Part shown: positions 11,499-24,910 of the stretch, in pieces
Position numbering within the stretch: position 1 is the first letter of the stretch
Layout of the letters: each line of letters starts with the position of its first letter
NCBI RefSeq assembly: GCF_001194135.2
Contig: NC_068982.1
Location: 71,465,330 to 71,529,329 of the forward strand
Length of the DNA: 64,000 nucleotides
Direction: 5' to 3'
DNA from: Octopus bimaculoides
Taxonomy: Eukaryota
The notes under the pieces: generated by a model
The model's input: only the letters and a program-made list of their open reading frames with translations
What the model was told of the DNA's origin: nothing
Database searches by the model: none
Position numbers and translations under genes: made by a program

Positions 11499-11900
11499 TG
11501 TGGAGGCGCAATGGCCCAGTGGTTAGGGCAGCGGACTCGCGGTCATAAGATCGCGGTTTCGATTCCCAGACTGGGCGTTGTGAGTGTTTATTGAGCGAAA
11601 ACACTTAGAGCTCCATGAGGCTCTGGCAGGGGATGGTGGCGAACTCTGCTGTACTCTTTCACCACAACTTTCTCTCACTCTCACTTTCTGTTTCTATTGT
11701 GCCTGTAATTCAAAGGGTCAGCCTTGTCACACTGTGTCACGCTGAATGTCCCCGAGAACTACGTTAAGGGTACACATGTCTGTGGAGTGCTCAGCCACTT
11801 GCACATTAATTTCACGAGCAGGCTGTTCCATTGATCGGATCAACTGGAACCCTCGACATCGTAAGCGACGGAGTGCCAACAACAACAACAACAACAACAA
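11499..11900 (+). mobile_element. tRNA-derived SINE family E, near full length, (CAA)n tail
   Basis: tRNA-like head ggaggcgcaatggcccagtggttagggcagcggactcgcggtc...ggtttcgattccc with A/B-box-like motifs; body shared with 17018-17319 and 27233-27576; caacaacaa tail. Confidence 0.92.
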
Positions 11901-12949
11901 TCATTCAAGAGTTGTTTACTGGAACTGGTCCCAGCTTTCACAATATTCAAATAGTTAAGCGACATTACTCATCATGGATTTAGGAACACAGATCTATTAT
12001 GAGTTTTGGCTGGTGGGAGAATTTCAACTCAACATTGTGGTGTCTTGGTTTGCTGAACCACCTACCAGATGCATAATCTTATGGTGGGTATTATTTGTGC
12101 TGAGCCAGTCCAACTCTCTTCTTCAAACATGTATTGGTCTGGTGTAACAAGTGGTATGAACCCAGTAGTTATCAGGATGTAGAAATTGTATGGAGTTCCC
12201 TTCTCTTAGATGATCAGTAGCTAAAGAGCTAAATCTAAGCAGCTAAGGAGGCCTCATCTACCCTGGGTCCTTTGGGGTATCTGTGAGTGACCTTTTTCCA
12301 GGAAGCAGTTCCATGACATGCTAATTAGCCCATTGCTGGGATCCTGATAGGTGTTATTACCGGGGTCAGAGTAGCCCTGGGAACAATAGTAGCTAAGAAG
12401 TGGTTTCATCCTCCTCATCCAAACCAGGGCCTCACTATGGGGTGCAGTTTGAAGTCATGTCATATCCAGAACTTATTTAGGTGCAGGATTGATAAAATAA
12501 ACATGAGTTGAGTGCTGGGGTTGATGTAATCAACATACCTCATTCCCCACAAAATTCAGGACTTGTACCTATAGTAGAAAGAATTATTAGAAAGCAATGA
12601 GCTCGCAGAATTGTTAGGTCAGTAGAAGACATGCTTTGCCATATTATACTATGTCTTCAAATTCTATCAAGGTCAACTTTGTCTTGTATCCTTTCAGAGT
12701 CAATCAGTCATCAATACAACAGTATGTAATACAGTATCTAAAATATCTCAACTTTGGGTGAGGGTGAAGGGATGACCCCTTCGGTCATGAACGAACATGG
12801 GATTGCACCTAGAAAGTTACCCCCCCCCAAGGTACAAGTCCGGGAAAGGTTGTTTATAGAAGATCAGCAGTCACACATGCATATCAGCCTCGCCTCTCCA
12901 CACTCGATGTATAGGCTCAATGAGAATTAAGCATTATTATGAAGATCAT

Positions 12950-13210
12950 GTAAAAGCATGTGACCTAGCAATTAAAGTGTTGCACTCATGATTGCAAGTT
13001 CCTGGGTTTGACTCCTGGACCAGGTGGTGCATTGTGTTTTTGAGCAAAACACTTTAATTTCACGTTACCCCAGTCCACTCAGCTGTAAATGAATAGCCCC
13101 GCAACAGATGGTGCTCCATTTAGTTGGGGTAGGGACGACTGTTGTGATCTCGGTCAGTTTTATGCCAAGAAAATCAGGTAACCAGCTCTATGAGTGCTAG
13201 GACTCAGGGG
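12950..13210 (+). mobile_element. SINE family D copy (tgtgttcttgagcaa-acactt-tttcac motif)
   Basis: Head gcatgtgacctagcaattaaagtgttgcactcatgattgcaag and body ttgtgtttttgagcaaaacactttaatttcacgttaccccagtccactcagctgtaaatg; sister copies at 15959, 24598, 29283 and 51659. Confidence 0.8.
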
Positions 13211-13510
13211 ACCAAGAGTCATGTGATAGGGATTGAACCATTGCCCCTTTGTTCAGAGCAAGTGCAGGCAGGCGGCATTATAACAAGTCAATTAGCTGGA
13301 AAAAAAAAGAGAAGTGTTTTGTGATATGCTAATGACTACAGTGAGAGTGAGCAGACTGCTTATGTAAAAAGAAAAATACAAAACAAATAAAAAAAACCTG
13401 TTAAAATCCTGACAACACACAGCCGGCGAGATACATTCCTTTGATTTCTTTCAGCGATTATATCTAAAGTGTGTGTGAATTATGTATTCATGACTGACTC
13501 ATCAACATTG

Positions 13511-13550
<40 letters not shown>

Positions 13551-13814
13551 CACACACACATACGCATATATATATATGTATGTATGTATATAACATGAAA
13601 AAAGTACAAGTAACCCCTACTCGCTTTTCAACTGATCTTTCAAAAAAGAAAAAAAAAACTGAAAAGAATGAAGTACAATCCCTTTGAGTGTGCAGATGAA
13701 TATACATGTATATACACATGTGTTTGTGTGTCTCTGTATGTAGGAACAGGCATGGCTGTGTGGTTAGGAAGTTTGATTCCCGACCCCCATGGCTTCAGGT
13801 TCAGTTCCACCATG

Positions 13815-14400
13815 TTGGAAAATGCTTAGCCATATTTCATCCATCCATCTTCACGTTCTCAGTTCAGATTCAGTCAGAGTTGGACTTTACCTTTCATCCT
13901 TTCAGGGTTGATAAAATGAGTACCAGTTGAACACTGGAGTTGATGTAATCAACTTATCCCCCTCCCCCGAACTTGCTGGCCTTGTGCCAAAATTTGAAAC
14001 CATTATTAGAAGGTTGTGAGCTTGACAATTGTTACAGCATTGGACAAAAATACTCTGCAGCATTTCTGTTGACTCTATGTTCTGAGATCAAATTCCACCA
14101 AAGTCAACTTTGGCTTTCATGCTTTTGGTTAGGTGTAGGATCGATGAGCACTGGGGTTGATGCAATCAACATATCCCTGTCTCCCAAAATTTCAGGACTT
14201 TTTGCTTAAAGCAATGAACTGGCAGAATTGTTAGATCAGAAAGTTTTTGCTATATTACATTCTGTCAGGGTTGATTTTGTCTTGCATCCCTTTAAGGGCC
14301 AATGAAATAAAGTATTAATCAAATACTGGGATTAATGGAATCAACTAGCCCCACCCTTCAAAATTACTCCCCGTGTGTTGAGATCAGAAACCATTGTTAG
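13815..14400 (+). mobile_element. Three head-to-tail SINE B copies
   Basis: Three successive occurrences of the ttctgag-tcaaatt / ctttcatccttt / ctggggttgatg-aatcaac core. Confidence 0.8.
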
Positions 14401-14444
14401 GTGATGTAAGGGCAGAAATAGTAGTCTCAATTTAAATATATAGG

Positions 14445-14822
14445 CACAAACATGGTTGTGTAGGAAATCAGTTCACATAGTTTTGGGTTCATTCCCACTG
14501 TGTGGCACCTTGAGCAAGTGTCCTGTTCTAGTCTCGGCCTGACCAATAAGTTGTGAGTGAATTTGGTTGAAGGAGACAGTGTAAAGGACTGCCATGAATT
14601 GTTTGTCTCTCTGTCTCCTCCACTCACATTTTGCAACAGATGTTGGTTTGTTTATGTCCCTGTAATTTAGCAGTTTCAGCAAAGGACACTGATGACATAC
14701 TAGACTTAAAAATAAACAAACCAAAAACATAAGTACTGAGGTCAATTTGTTCAACTAAGCCCCTTCAAGATAGAGTACCCCAGCATGGCCACAGTCCAAT
14801 GACTGAAACATAAAAAGAAAAA
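14445..14822 (+). mobile_element. SINE family A copy
   Basis: tgggttcattcccactgtgtggcaccttgagcaagtgtcc ... ccccagcatggccacagtccaatgactgaaac. Confidence 0.85.
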
Positions 14823-15001
14823 GTATCTAGTTTCAGCTCCTAACCCTGCCCAGCTCTCTTTGTAGAGCAAATAAAAGAAATTCACACACTACAACCACTT
14901 ATTAATAAAGTATTTACGTTACATTGTATTTCCAGGAAACCTTTCATGAAAGTCAGATTGTTATATGATATAATTATTATTGTTATTATACACTCAGTAA
15001 A

Positions 15002-15032
<31 letters not shown>

Positions 15033-15034
15033 GC

Positions 15035-15722
15035 GGTGGTGGCGAGCTGGCAGAATCATTAGCATGTCGGACAAAATGCTTAGCAGTATTTTCCACCAGC
15101 TCTTTATGTGCAGTGTTCAAATATCACTGAGGTCAGGCTCTACCTTTCATCCTTTTGAGGTCAATGTAATTGAAAAACACACTCCTGCTAATATTACTGG
15201 CCTTTTGCCAAAATTTGAAAGAATCATTATTATCATTAAAGAGGTGAGCTGGCCGAATCATTAGCATTTTAGACAAAATGCTTAGCAACACTTCCTCTAG
15301 CTCTTTATAGGCCTTGTGCCTAAAATAGAAATGATTAGCAGTATTTTGTCTGTCTTTATGTTCTGAGTTCAAATTTCACCGAAGTCGACTTTGCCTTTCA
15401 TCCTTTGGGGGTTCGATAAAATAAGTACCAGTGAAATACTGGGTCAATGTAATCAACTAGCCCCCTCCCACAAAATTCCAGGCCTTGTGCCTATAGTAGA
15501 AAGGATTATTATTATTATTATTATTATTACTACTACTACAACAGATTGACTGAATTGTTAGAGTAACATTTTTTCCAGTGAGTTTTCATTCAGAGTTCAA
15601 ATACTGCTAACTTTGCCTTTCATCCTTTCAGGGTCAATAAAATAATGTTCCAGGGAAACTATGGGATCAATCTGACTAATCAATTCTGGCCTTGTGCCAA
15701 TATTAGAAATAATTATCATTAT
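15035..15722 (+). mobile_element. Four head-to-tail SINE B copies separated by (ATT)n tails
   Basis: Heads at about 15035, 15240, 15325 and 15545 (gcgagctggcagaatcattagc...), with most copies ending in attattatt. Confidence 0.85.
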
Positions 15723-15787
15723 TAAAATGGGAGTAAAGTGGCTGAAATAGCTTTTAGTCTTTACGTTCTACATCTCTACATTCTGAG

Positions 15788-16310
15788 CTTTTTTTTACCA
15801 TGTTTCTGTTGAAATATGCTGCCTTTGTTCTAATTAATTTTTGAAAATAACGAAGTATTTAGTAAAACAACTTTGTCAGCATTTATCAGGTGTTTGAAGC
15901 ATAAATTAACATGAAATTTTTGATGCAAAGATTTTAATGTAGATCATCTTAAAATCTGGTGAAGGCTCATGGCTTAGTTATTAGGGTGTTGCACTCATGA
16001 TTGCAAGATCATCGATTTCAATTCCTGCATCAGGCAGTGCATTGTGTTCTTGAACAAAAGCACTTCATTTCACACTGCTCCAGTCCACTTGGCTGTAAAT
16101 GAGTCACCCTGTGATAGACTGACATCTTATTCGGTGAGAATAGTGTGATCTCAATCACTTATACATCATGAAAACAGAGGAACTGGCCCTATGAGCCCCA
16201 CTACTCAACATAGTTATTTGCAAGGGTTGATGATGCTGAAGGTGACTTCAAAACAAGAAGTTTATTTCATGGAACCTAGGGCAATTTCAGGTGAGTTGGT
16301 ATCGACATGT
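15788..16310. mobile_element. Second TTAA-ended MITE-like element split by a SINE D insertion (15959-16200)
   Basis: AT-rich halves 15788-15958 and 16240-16310 appear to rejoin across the SINE (gatcatcttaaaa / gtgacttcaaaacaagaag) and end in ...ggtatcgacatgttaa. The family identity is recalled, not computed. Confidence 0.45.
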
Positions 16311-16489
16311 TAATCAGTATTGATAACATACAAGTAATGTAGTGGGAGTCAGTTTAACAGACTACATACAACTTTCTGTTACCCCCACACCTACCCTACA
16401 AATTTCTAACCTGACAGTTCAAGAAATCCTATTCTACTGTTGCTGCGATTGTTTGTCATATTGAGCTTTCAAGGAAAGCAGATAGCTCT

Positions 16490-16840
16490 TACAACATAGT
16501 GGTTAGCTGTATGTAGCAAAGGACATAAACTACATTCTGGGTTCAGTCCTACTATGTGGCACCTTGGTCAACTGTCTTCTGTTATAGCTTCAGGCTGACC
16601 AAAGTCTTGTGAGTGAATTTGGAAGTGCCTTTGTGTCTGTGTACCCCACTGCTTAACAACCAGTGTTGGTGTGTTTATGTTCTCATGACTTAGCAGTTTG
16701 GCAAAAAGACCAATAGAATAAGTACCAGACTTTAGAAGAAAAGTACTGGGGTTGATTCATTTGGCTAAAAATTCATCAAGATGGGTGCCCCAGCATGGCT
16801 GCAGTCTAATGACTGAAACAAGTGAAAAGGGATAAAAGAA
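16490..16840 (+). mobile_element. SINE family A copy
   Basis: ctgggttcagtcctactatgtggcaccttggtcaactgtcttct ... gccccagcatggctgcagtctaatgactgaaac. Confidence 0.85.
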
Positions 16841-17017
16841 AGATATTTATACAAATTTAGAAAAGCCATTGCACCTATGTCGAACATGAAATCATTGTGA
16901 AATATTTAATGACTGGGCAGCACAGAGAGCCCAGACAAACTAGAAAGTCAAACTGGATGCCTCATTGCTGCTACGTTGTTGTATATCCTAATTATTTTGC
17001 ACTAACAATAACTTTTA

Positions 17018-17319
17018 GGGCGTTGTGAGTGTTTATTGAGCGAAAACACCTAAAGCTCCATGAGGCTCCGGCAGGGGATGGTGGCGAACCCTGCTGTACT
17101 CTTTCACCACAACATTCTCTTTCTTCCTGTTTCTATTGTGCCTGTAATTCAAAGGGTCAGCCTTGTCACACTGTGTCACACTGAATATCCTCGAGAACTA
17201 CGTTAAGGGTACACGTGTCTGTGGAGTGCTCAGCCACTTGCACGTTGATTTCACGAGCAGGCTGTTCCGTTGATCCGATCAACTGGAACCCTCGACATCA
17301 TAAGCGACGGAGTGCCAAC
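17018..17319 (+). mobile_element. SINE family E, 5'-truncated, fused to a headless SINE A fragment (17325-17640)
   Basis: Co-linear with 11575-11880; followed directly by the family A body gaccaaagctttgtgagtggg. Confidence 0.9.
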
Positions 17320-17784
17320 GACCCTTAGCCATGACCAAAGCTTTGTGAGTGGGTTTTGTAGATGAAAATTGAAAGAAGCCCATCAAATGTGTGTGTGTAT
17401 ATTATGTGTATGTATACATATGTGTGTGTATGTAAGTATATATATATAAATGTATGTACGTGTGCCTGTGAATGGGTTTGTGTCTGTCTTCTTGACATTG
17501 TATGTTTGTTGTAAAGAAATGTCACCATTATACAATCAGTCTCTTATTTGCAATTTTCTATGAAACCATATCTGACTGTTGTGTTGTTTGTTTGTTCAAA
17601 GGTCTAAAGGAAATATTTATCTTGTTTAGAAACAGGCAAAGGTTTGCAGGGGAAGAGCATTCAGACGTATAAAACCTACCTCCTCAAATATTGTTTGATT
17701 TTTCTATGCTTGAATGCTCAATATTAAATCAATGATGTTGGTGTAAAGTCTGACTGATATGATCACGATCATTAATTAGTATCA

Positions 17785-17990
17785 GTTTTTTCCATGCTGG
17801 CATGGGTTGAATGGTTTGATTGGAACTGGCAAGCTGCAGGGCTGTGTCAGGATCCAATATCAGTCAGCTTTGGCATGGTCTCTATGGCTGGATGCTTTAC
17901 TGAATGTCAACCACTTTACACTGTGCATTGGGTGTATTTTTTTCATACCACCGGCAGTAGTGGGGTTACCGAGTAACTTTTGAGATGAAA
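17785..17990 (-). mobile_element. SINE family C fragment
   Basis: tttccatgctggcatgggttgaatggtttga ... tggctggatgctttact is the reverse complement of the family C tail. Confidence 0.75.
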
Positions 17991-18984
17991 GAACAGGAGG
18001 ATAAAGGAAAAAAAAATCCCCTTGACTAAAAGTAGGGTTGGCGAAAATGGTGGTATTCCAAATATTGAGAGACTGCCAGCAGGCAGGAAATTTCTTCTGC
18101 CTTTGGGTAAACAACTCACTGAGATTCAAGAATTTTTTTCTCTTTCGGATTTCCCCTATATAGTTGAATTATTTCTTTTCTTGTTTTTTGTTTTTTTTTT
18201 CTTTTTAATCAGAAAATAAACCTTTTATATGAAATTTCTCTTTGATGATGAAAATAATTCTCTGTTATATTGATTGAACTTAAAATATATTTTTTCCTGA
18301 TTGATTTTTTTTCGTTTTGTTTTTGTTATTGTTTTTGTTCATTGTGAGTCATTTGCAATATAACCAATAAAATTCAAGAGGATATTAAGTATAGTTAAGC
18401 AATATTTGTAAGCAGCAAGTGATAGATGTAGTTATAATAGTTAAGCAATTTTGAAAAGAGGCAAGGATTTGAATTTATTTATTTACTTTTTATACACACA
18501 TATTTTTTTTTCTCCCCTCTCCCTCTGTTTGGTTCTAAGCAACAGATGTACTGATTTCATGTGTTAGTCATTGGAAATATCATCTCACTTGTGTTTAACA
18601 TGAAAAGCAGGCAGCATCATCAAATCAATGCCCTCAGATCAATGAAACAATGAAGTGAAAAATCTATTATGTACCGTACTTAAACTAGACACATTCGTCG
18701 ATTTTTATTTTGCTTTTATTATTATTATTATTATTATCATCATCATCATTATTATTTTTTCATCTTTTCTTTTTCTACTATAGCTGCTTTAGTCTAGTTA
18801 GTTGTTATAATAATGTTGTTGCACCAAGCCAGTTAGATTTACAATTTTGTTGTTTTCGTTTTTAAAGTAAGCAGTGGTACATTACATCTTGACTCATAAT
18901 TTATGTTTAGTGCACATAGTGCAGTAGAAATATTGGTTAGTTCTGTGCTTTGTTTATTTATTTATTATTTTACTTATTTGACCA

Positions 18985-19455
18985 TCGCCATGGACAAGTG
19001 TCTTCTACTGCAACCTCAGCCTGTCTAATACATTGTAAGTGAATTTGATAGACGGAAAATATGTGGAAGCCTGTAGTGTATATTCATATTAACTATGTGT
19101 GTGTTTGCCCATTCCACCTCTTGAAACTGGTGTTGGTTTATTTACATCCTCATACCTTAACAGTTTGCTAAAAGGGAAGTACCAAACTTACAAATAAACA
19201 AACAAACAAAAACTGGGTTTGGTGTGATTGAGTAAAACCCTTCAAGGCTGCAGTCAAATGACTGGAGCAAGTAAAAGTGATCATCATCATCATCATCATA
19301 TGCCCATGTTGGGATGTGTTGGACAGTTTGACAGGACATGACAGGCCAGATGACTGTGCTGAGCTCCTGTGTATTTCAGTCCATGGACCCATCGGATCCT
19401 ATTGAACTGTCTGATGCATGGCAGCATAGGAATATGGACATTAAGTGATGATGAT
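18985..19455 (+). mobile_element. SINE A fragment followed by a SINE C tail
   Basis: ggacaagtgtcttctactgcaacctcagcc ... caaatgactggagcaagtaaaag, followed by family C-derived segments ending gaatatggacattaagtgatgatgatga. Confidence 0.65.
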
Positions 19456-19487
19456 GAAATAAATTTATAAAGTATTTATTTTGTATC

Positions 19488-19490
<3 letters not shown>

Positions 19491-19544
<54 letters not shown>

Positions 19545-19562
19545 ATATATATATATATATAT
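19491..19562. repeat. (TA)n microsatellite
   Basis: Direct reading. Confidence 0.97.
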
Positions 19563-20629
19563 TTTCTGTAGTTTCAGCTCAGAGCTGCGGCCATGCTGAT
19601 GCATGCAAAAAAAATAATCATTCATCTATATATAAAACCTGCCAAGAGTTAAAAAAAAAAGAAGAAATTTAAAATTGAAAAAAAAAATTTTTAACCAGAT
19701 AATACCCTTCTTTCATTAAATAGATTTGCTGTGTCGGAAAACTTTAGTGGTTTTTAAAAAAAAAAAAGAAAAATCTCTTTGAAGTTTATTCTTAGTACAA
19801 AAAAATGGTTTGATTAACTTGGCATATAAATATTTTGTAAAGACCTCATTCTTTTTATGGTTTCACACATGAAGAGCTACCAACACATTAACCATGTAAT
19901 TTTCAAAGATCACTCAGACATGCCCCTCCCCACCTTTTTAAGGGTGCTTCTCAGTTACTGGTTGTTTTACTAAGATACTATCATTTATTGCTAAATTGCT
20001 ACTAAATAACTATGCTTTCTAGTAATTCAGTATAGACAACATTAAATGTTATACATAGGTATAAAAATTAAAAAGAAAAACAAAACTCAGATGATTCAAT
20101 AAATTTGACGAAGAAATATGTGAATCATAATGAGGAATTGGTTATGTGATTTAAATCTGTGGACTCTTTGTTTAGTTTATTACAAGAATTAGAATCATGC
20201 TGCCTTGGCACGAATTTAAAAGGAGACTGCATTATTGAATAAATTTTCATTAATTGCTGGACATTAACAGCAGTGAGAAAAGCAACGCTAGCTTAATAAT
20301 AATAATAATGGCTTCAAATTTTGGCACAATGCAAGCAATTTTAGAGGTAGGGGTAAGTCGATTATATTGGCGTGGGCTCAATTGGTATTTATTTATTGCT
20401 GCAGAAAGGATGCAAAGCAAAATTGACCTTGGTGGAATTTGAAACCAGAATGTAAAAAAGCCAGAAGACATACCACTAAGCATTTTGTCTAGTTTAGTAA
20501 CAATTCTGCCAGTTTGTCTTTTTAATAATACAAATAATTATTATTTCAAATTTTGTCAGAAGGTTAGCAATTTTGAAGGGAGATGACAATTCAATTACAG
20601 TGGATGCAGTACTGGACCGGTACCTTATA

Positions 20630-21075
20630 TTAGTAGTAGGTGTCCGTCAGTCTTGAGAGACCATAGATCTACACCCAGAGAAATTGTGTCAGCTGTTTGA
20701 TGGTGGTGGTGCATCTGCTGTGGATGTAAAGGCCCACTCTGAAGTGGCAGTCGTGCATACAGCGACTGCATTTGAAGAAGCTCTGTACTGGTGCTACTAG
20801 CTTTTCCTTTTGTCGAGTGCGCTTTTCTTTGGTGCAAGTTTCTGTTTCTCTTCCCATTGCTTCATCCCCTTTTGCAGTATTTGTCTCCACTATGGGCAAT
20901 CATTCGCAACTTCCTCCCATCTCAGGACATCTAGATCAAGCAACTTCATATCGCTCTTGCAAACATCCTTGAAACAAAAACGAGGTCATCTTCGTGCTCT
21001 TGTGCAGGTGGCCAATCCCCCATACCAGGGGTCTTTTGGGATCCTCCCATCTGGCCTGCGATGTACATGACCAAG
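20630..21075 (-). mobile_element. RTE-type (BovB-like) LINE 3' end
   Basis: Minus-strand translation gives RPDGRIPKDPWYGGLA...FKDVCKSDMKLLDLD...WEEVA...WRQILQKG and a frameshifted FKCSRCMHDCHFRVGLYIHSR Cys/His motif, typical of RTE ORF2 C-termini. Confidence 0.88.
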
Positions 21076-22555
21076 CTAGTACAGACGGTGCTGCTGGTAC
21101 CACCCAGAAAGGAAGAAAGCTAATGTTGACCCCAGCAGGACTCAAGCACAGTATGTAAAGAGGCAGATGAAATGCTGCTAGCATTTTGTTTGATGTGCGA
21201 ACAATTCTGCCAGCTCACTGCCTTTTTAATAATAATAACTTCAAAGAGAAAGGTATTAAACCTTCCTCCCTGAGTTGTATGCACGTGTGCATATGTTTAT
21301 CTATATACACACATGTACATATGTATGTAAATGTAATGCACAAATAATAAATAAATACCTATAAATGTTGCATGGAGTTTCGAGTTATTAAGACTTTGAT
21401 CATTTCAGAAAATATTCAGTAAACTTATATATTGTTTAATCAACCTGTTAAGCTTTATCAAGACATCAAAATCATTTTATGAAAGTCAATACGAACTGAC
21501 AACTTCAGAGATGTTAGCGGCAATATGTAAGAAACTATTTGTTAGATGTTTAAACACAATACCATCAGAGAGATTATAGTATATATCTTGAGTATATATT
21601 GTAGCGTATATCTTGCATCCAGTGGTGAGCTACCAGCGTGGGAGTTCAGGAAGTTTGCAGTGTGTGAATATACCCCTTAGTCACTGCAGCTCTCAGGTTC
21701 ACTCTGGCTTAGGGTGATAGTATCTGTCAAGGGTCCCAGTTATGAGTCAAATATCAGATGGTCTTGTGACCAAAACACACAGGACTCAGAGGGTTGGCCT
21801 TGAAACAGGTGTCATTTGGGCCCACAGGGGTGTAAACATGCTTTTATATTACATAGACCCCCCCCCCCAACTTCCCATACTGCTTTGGTTAAATAGGCCC
21901 TATGCCACAAGGGAAAAGCTCAGAAGAGTAGGAGATTAGCAGAGTAAATTGTAAATAAACCAGTTAGAAGACAACAGAAAATTATTGCAGTATCTTAATC
22001 GAGAAACATCACATCGTCAGACGTTGGTATGGAGGTCCATGATTGTGGATGCCTGTAGGTGTAGCAGAGAGAGTGTGTTGAACAGGTACTGTTTCTAAAT
22101 ATTGAAAATGTCAGAACACACATCAACAGGTGATTGCAGAGCATCTTGAAAGAAAATACTTCCAATTACTCATTCAAGTCTCTGACTTAACAAACATATT
22201 CAAATTGTTTCCCAAACAGTTGGTATGGCTGTGTGAATAATAAATTCACTTTCTACCCACTCTCACTGCACCTTGGGCATATGTCTTCTAGTATAGCCCC
22301 AAGCTGAATATGGTAGACAGTGTGTGTGTGTGTATGAAGTGGTGTTTGTTTCAAGTCCAGCTATAGGGAAGAATTACCTTACTAGGAACAGGTGACGGTT
22401 AGTGATAGGAAAGGCATCCAGCTGTAAACAGTCTGCTTGGCTCATGCAAGCATGAAAAAGTGGTCATTGTGATGATGATGATGAGGAGGAGTAGTAGTAG
22501 TAGTATGCTGTTTTCATCATTTGAATTTTTGTATTTTTATCCTATATTGATATAT

Positions 22556-22594
<39 letters not shown>

Positions 22595-22995
22595 AGAGCT
22601 GAAATGGGGAATATTAAGTCAGTCAGTCCTTTGTACTTGCTTAAGTTAATTTGTCCTCATTTAATGTTTTGGTAGATTTCAGAAAGACCCCCGCTCCCAT
22701 AAATAGAATTAGCCCCTTTCTGAAGTTATCTATTGCAGCTACCTCAAAATAAATTCCTAGAGTATTAAACTCATTTTTCCAAGTTTGTGCTATCATACAG
22801 CTCCTAAAGCAGTGCTGAATAGAGAATATCGTTCATCATCCATATTTTATACATGTTGTTAATGTGCTTATCCGAAGTCTAATACTGTTAATTAATATTA
22901 AAGCATTGATCCATAAGGCTGTAGTCATCAGAGATCCTTTACCCCTGAAACGTAAACTCCAGCTGAATAATCAAGCTCCTTTCATCCAACTGGAA

Positions 22996-23215
22996 AGCAT
23001 TTTAATCATTTAGTATTCAGATTATTCTGTCAAAAGTAATGGTCGTTTATTCACATTGTTTTGAATTAATCATGCATTATCTTGTAATTTTAAGATTTAA
23101 ATGTGATTGTATATTTTTTGAACGACATTGTAAGGGAAATATAACAGGTCAGATCTGGCCAGTTTGAACATGAAATAGGTAGAATATTTAGACTGGATAT
23201 GGCTGGTTTAAATTA
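22996..23215. mobile_element. piggyBac-like MITE, degenerate copy
   Basis: Body co-linear with 8112-8283 (catgcattatcttgtaa ... gacattgtaagg ... gatctggccagtttgaac ... ggtttaaa). Confidence 0.7.
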
Positions 23216-24597
23216 GCCTCTTTGTTATTTAATGTTTGTTCTCCAATGCCAGCATAGGCTAGAATAGTTTGAGAGGGATCTAATGAATAAGTGAGCTGCA
23301 TTATGCTCAAGTGTCTGTTCTGACATGGCTTCTACAACTGAATACCCTTTGTAAACACTAGATGGACCAAGTGCATCAATTGACACATTTAGAAATCTTA
23401 ATTGCACACAATTCAAAAACTATTGTAGATTTTGACATTCGTGGTCCTTCACTTTTCATAGTTTTATGATATTTATATACACTATATGTTATAGGTTACT
23501 TGCACCAACTGTGAAAAAAATAAACCACATGAAGTCATAAAATTCAATAGATTTATACATCTAATAAAGGTTTTCTGCCTCTCCTTTTCTCTCTTTTTAT
23601 CCTTTCAAATTGAAAAGTATCTTTGCATCAATTGATGCATTCCGGTCCTTAAAGGTAGGCGTAAAGTTCAGTCCTTCTAGTGTCAATATCAAGGAAGGAT
23701 ATTTCTACAAAATATACTGGATGCTTTTTTCATGGCACCAACACTAATGAGGTTGCCTTGAAACTTGCAGGATTAAAGAGCCAAAAGAATTTCTCTGCAA
23801 CTGAAGGAGACTAGTAGAGAGAGTGGTGGCTTTATGGAAGTAGCAATATGTAATATTGGCCTACATAATAAAAAGTACAAATTCAATATAATTCATCATA
23901 GAATGAGTCTTCATTAAATATTTTACACAACTGACATATATGATAAATCTACTCAGTAGGCACTAAGCTGTGTGATTCCTGTATAAATGACAATGAGGTT
24001 TTGTGTAAACCCTATATAACTTTCATTGTGGTGTTGCATGTGTTTCATACAATTTACATGTTTACTACGCTTATAATATTATGTAATACAAACCGACAAT
24101 CAAGCAATCTGTGCTTTTTAACATGCTTTCTAGTTGGATGAAAAAAGCTGGTTTTTCTTTTTTTCCTACAAAGTTTGCCTGTCAAATGTAAACGGCTTCT
24201 TGCAACTATATATTTTTGTATTAAACCAATACTTTGGAGGCACATTATTAGACTTTGAATGATCACATGACTGTATGTACCATTATTTGATGGCATATAA
24301 GATGCACTTTTCCCTTAAGAATTCTCTCAAGAACACCCCTAAAGACTATATGCAAAGTTGGGCTTTCTATAAGTTAATTTAGTTCTTGACACTCACTAGT
24401 ATACGTTAATTTTAATCCAGACAGTCTCTTCAGCCTATCCATAGTATACTCAGCTGTACTGTTAACTTATAGTATGGTTTTCTGTAATAGCTAAGGCACT
24501 TTTGTAATGTTTTGTAATTGCTGGATTGCTTTAATGCTCTAAGATATTTCTTTCTGAAAATGTACTGCTGAAATTGAAGTGTGTCTAATATGTCTAT

Positions 24598-24910
24598 GTA
24601 AAAGTGCATGGCTCAGTGGTTAGAGCGTCAAGCTTACAATCGTGAGGTAGTGAATTCAATCCCCAGACTGGACTGTGTGTTGTGTTCTTGAGCAAGACAC
24701 TTTATGTTGCTCCAGTTCACTCAGCTGTAAAAAATGTGTTGCAACATCACGGGTGCCAAGCTGTATCGGCCATTGTCTTTCCTTTGGAAAACATTGATGG
24801 TGTGGAGAGGGGAGGCTGGTATGCATGGGTGACTGCTGGTCTTCCACAGATAACCTTACCTGGACTTGTGCTTTGGAAGGAAGCTTTCTAGGTGGAATCC
24901 CATGGTTGTG
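24598..24910 (+). mobile_element. SINE family D copy (long form)
   Basis: gcatggctcagtggttagagcgtcaagcttacaatcgtgagg head and tgtgttcttgagcaagacactt; co-linear with 51659-51940. Confidence 0.88.

Noticed and set aside
11499-11580. tRNA-like sequence with A and B boxes
   Set aside because: It is the head of SINE family E, continuing into the SINE body and (CAA)n tail; no proper acceptor stem.
16223-16289. Apparent plus-strand exon ending CAG|gtgagt (LMMLKVTSKQEVYFMEPRAIS)
   Set aside because: It lies in the right half of the MITE-like element at 15788-16310, so it is repeat-derived.
22943-22989. Minus-strand candidate exon LDERSLIIQLEFTFQG
   Set aside because: Weak pyrimidine tract abutting a MITE, and a similar tgcttt(c)-ag-ttggatgaaa motif occurs on the opposite strand at about 24124-24150, suggesting an old repeat or coincidence.
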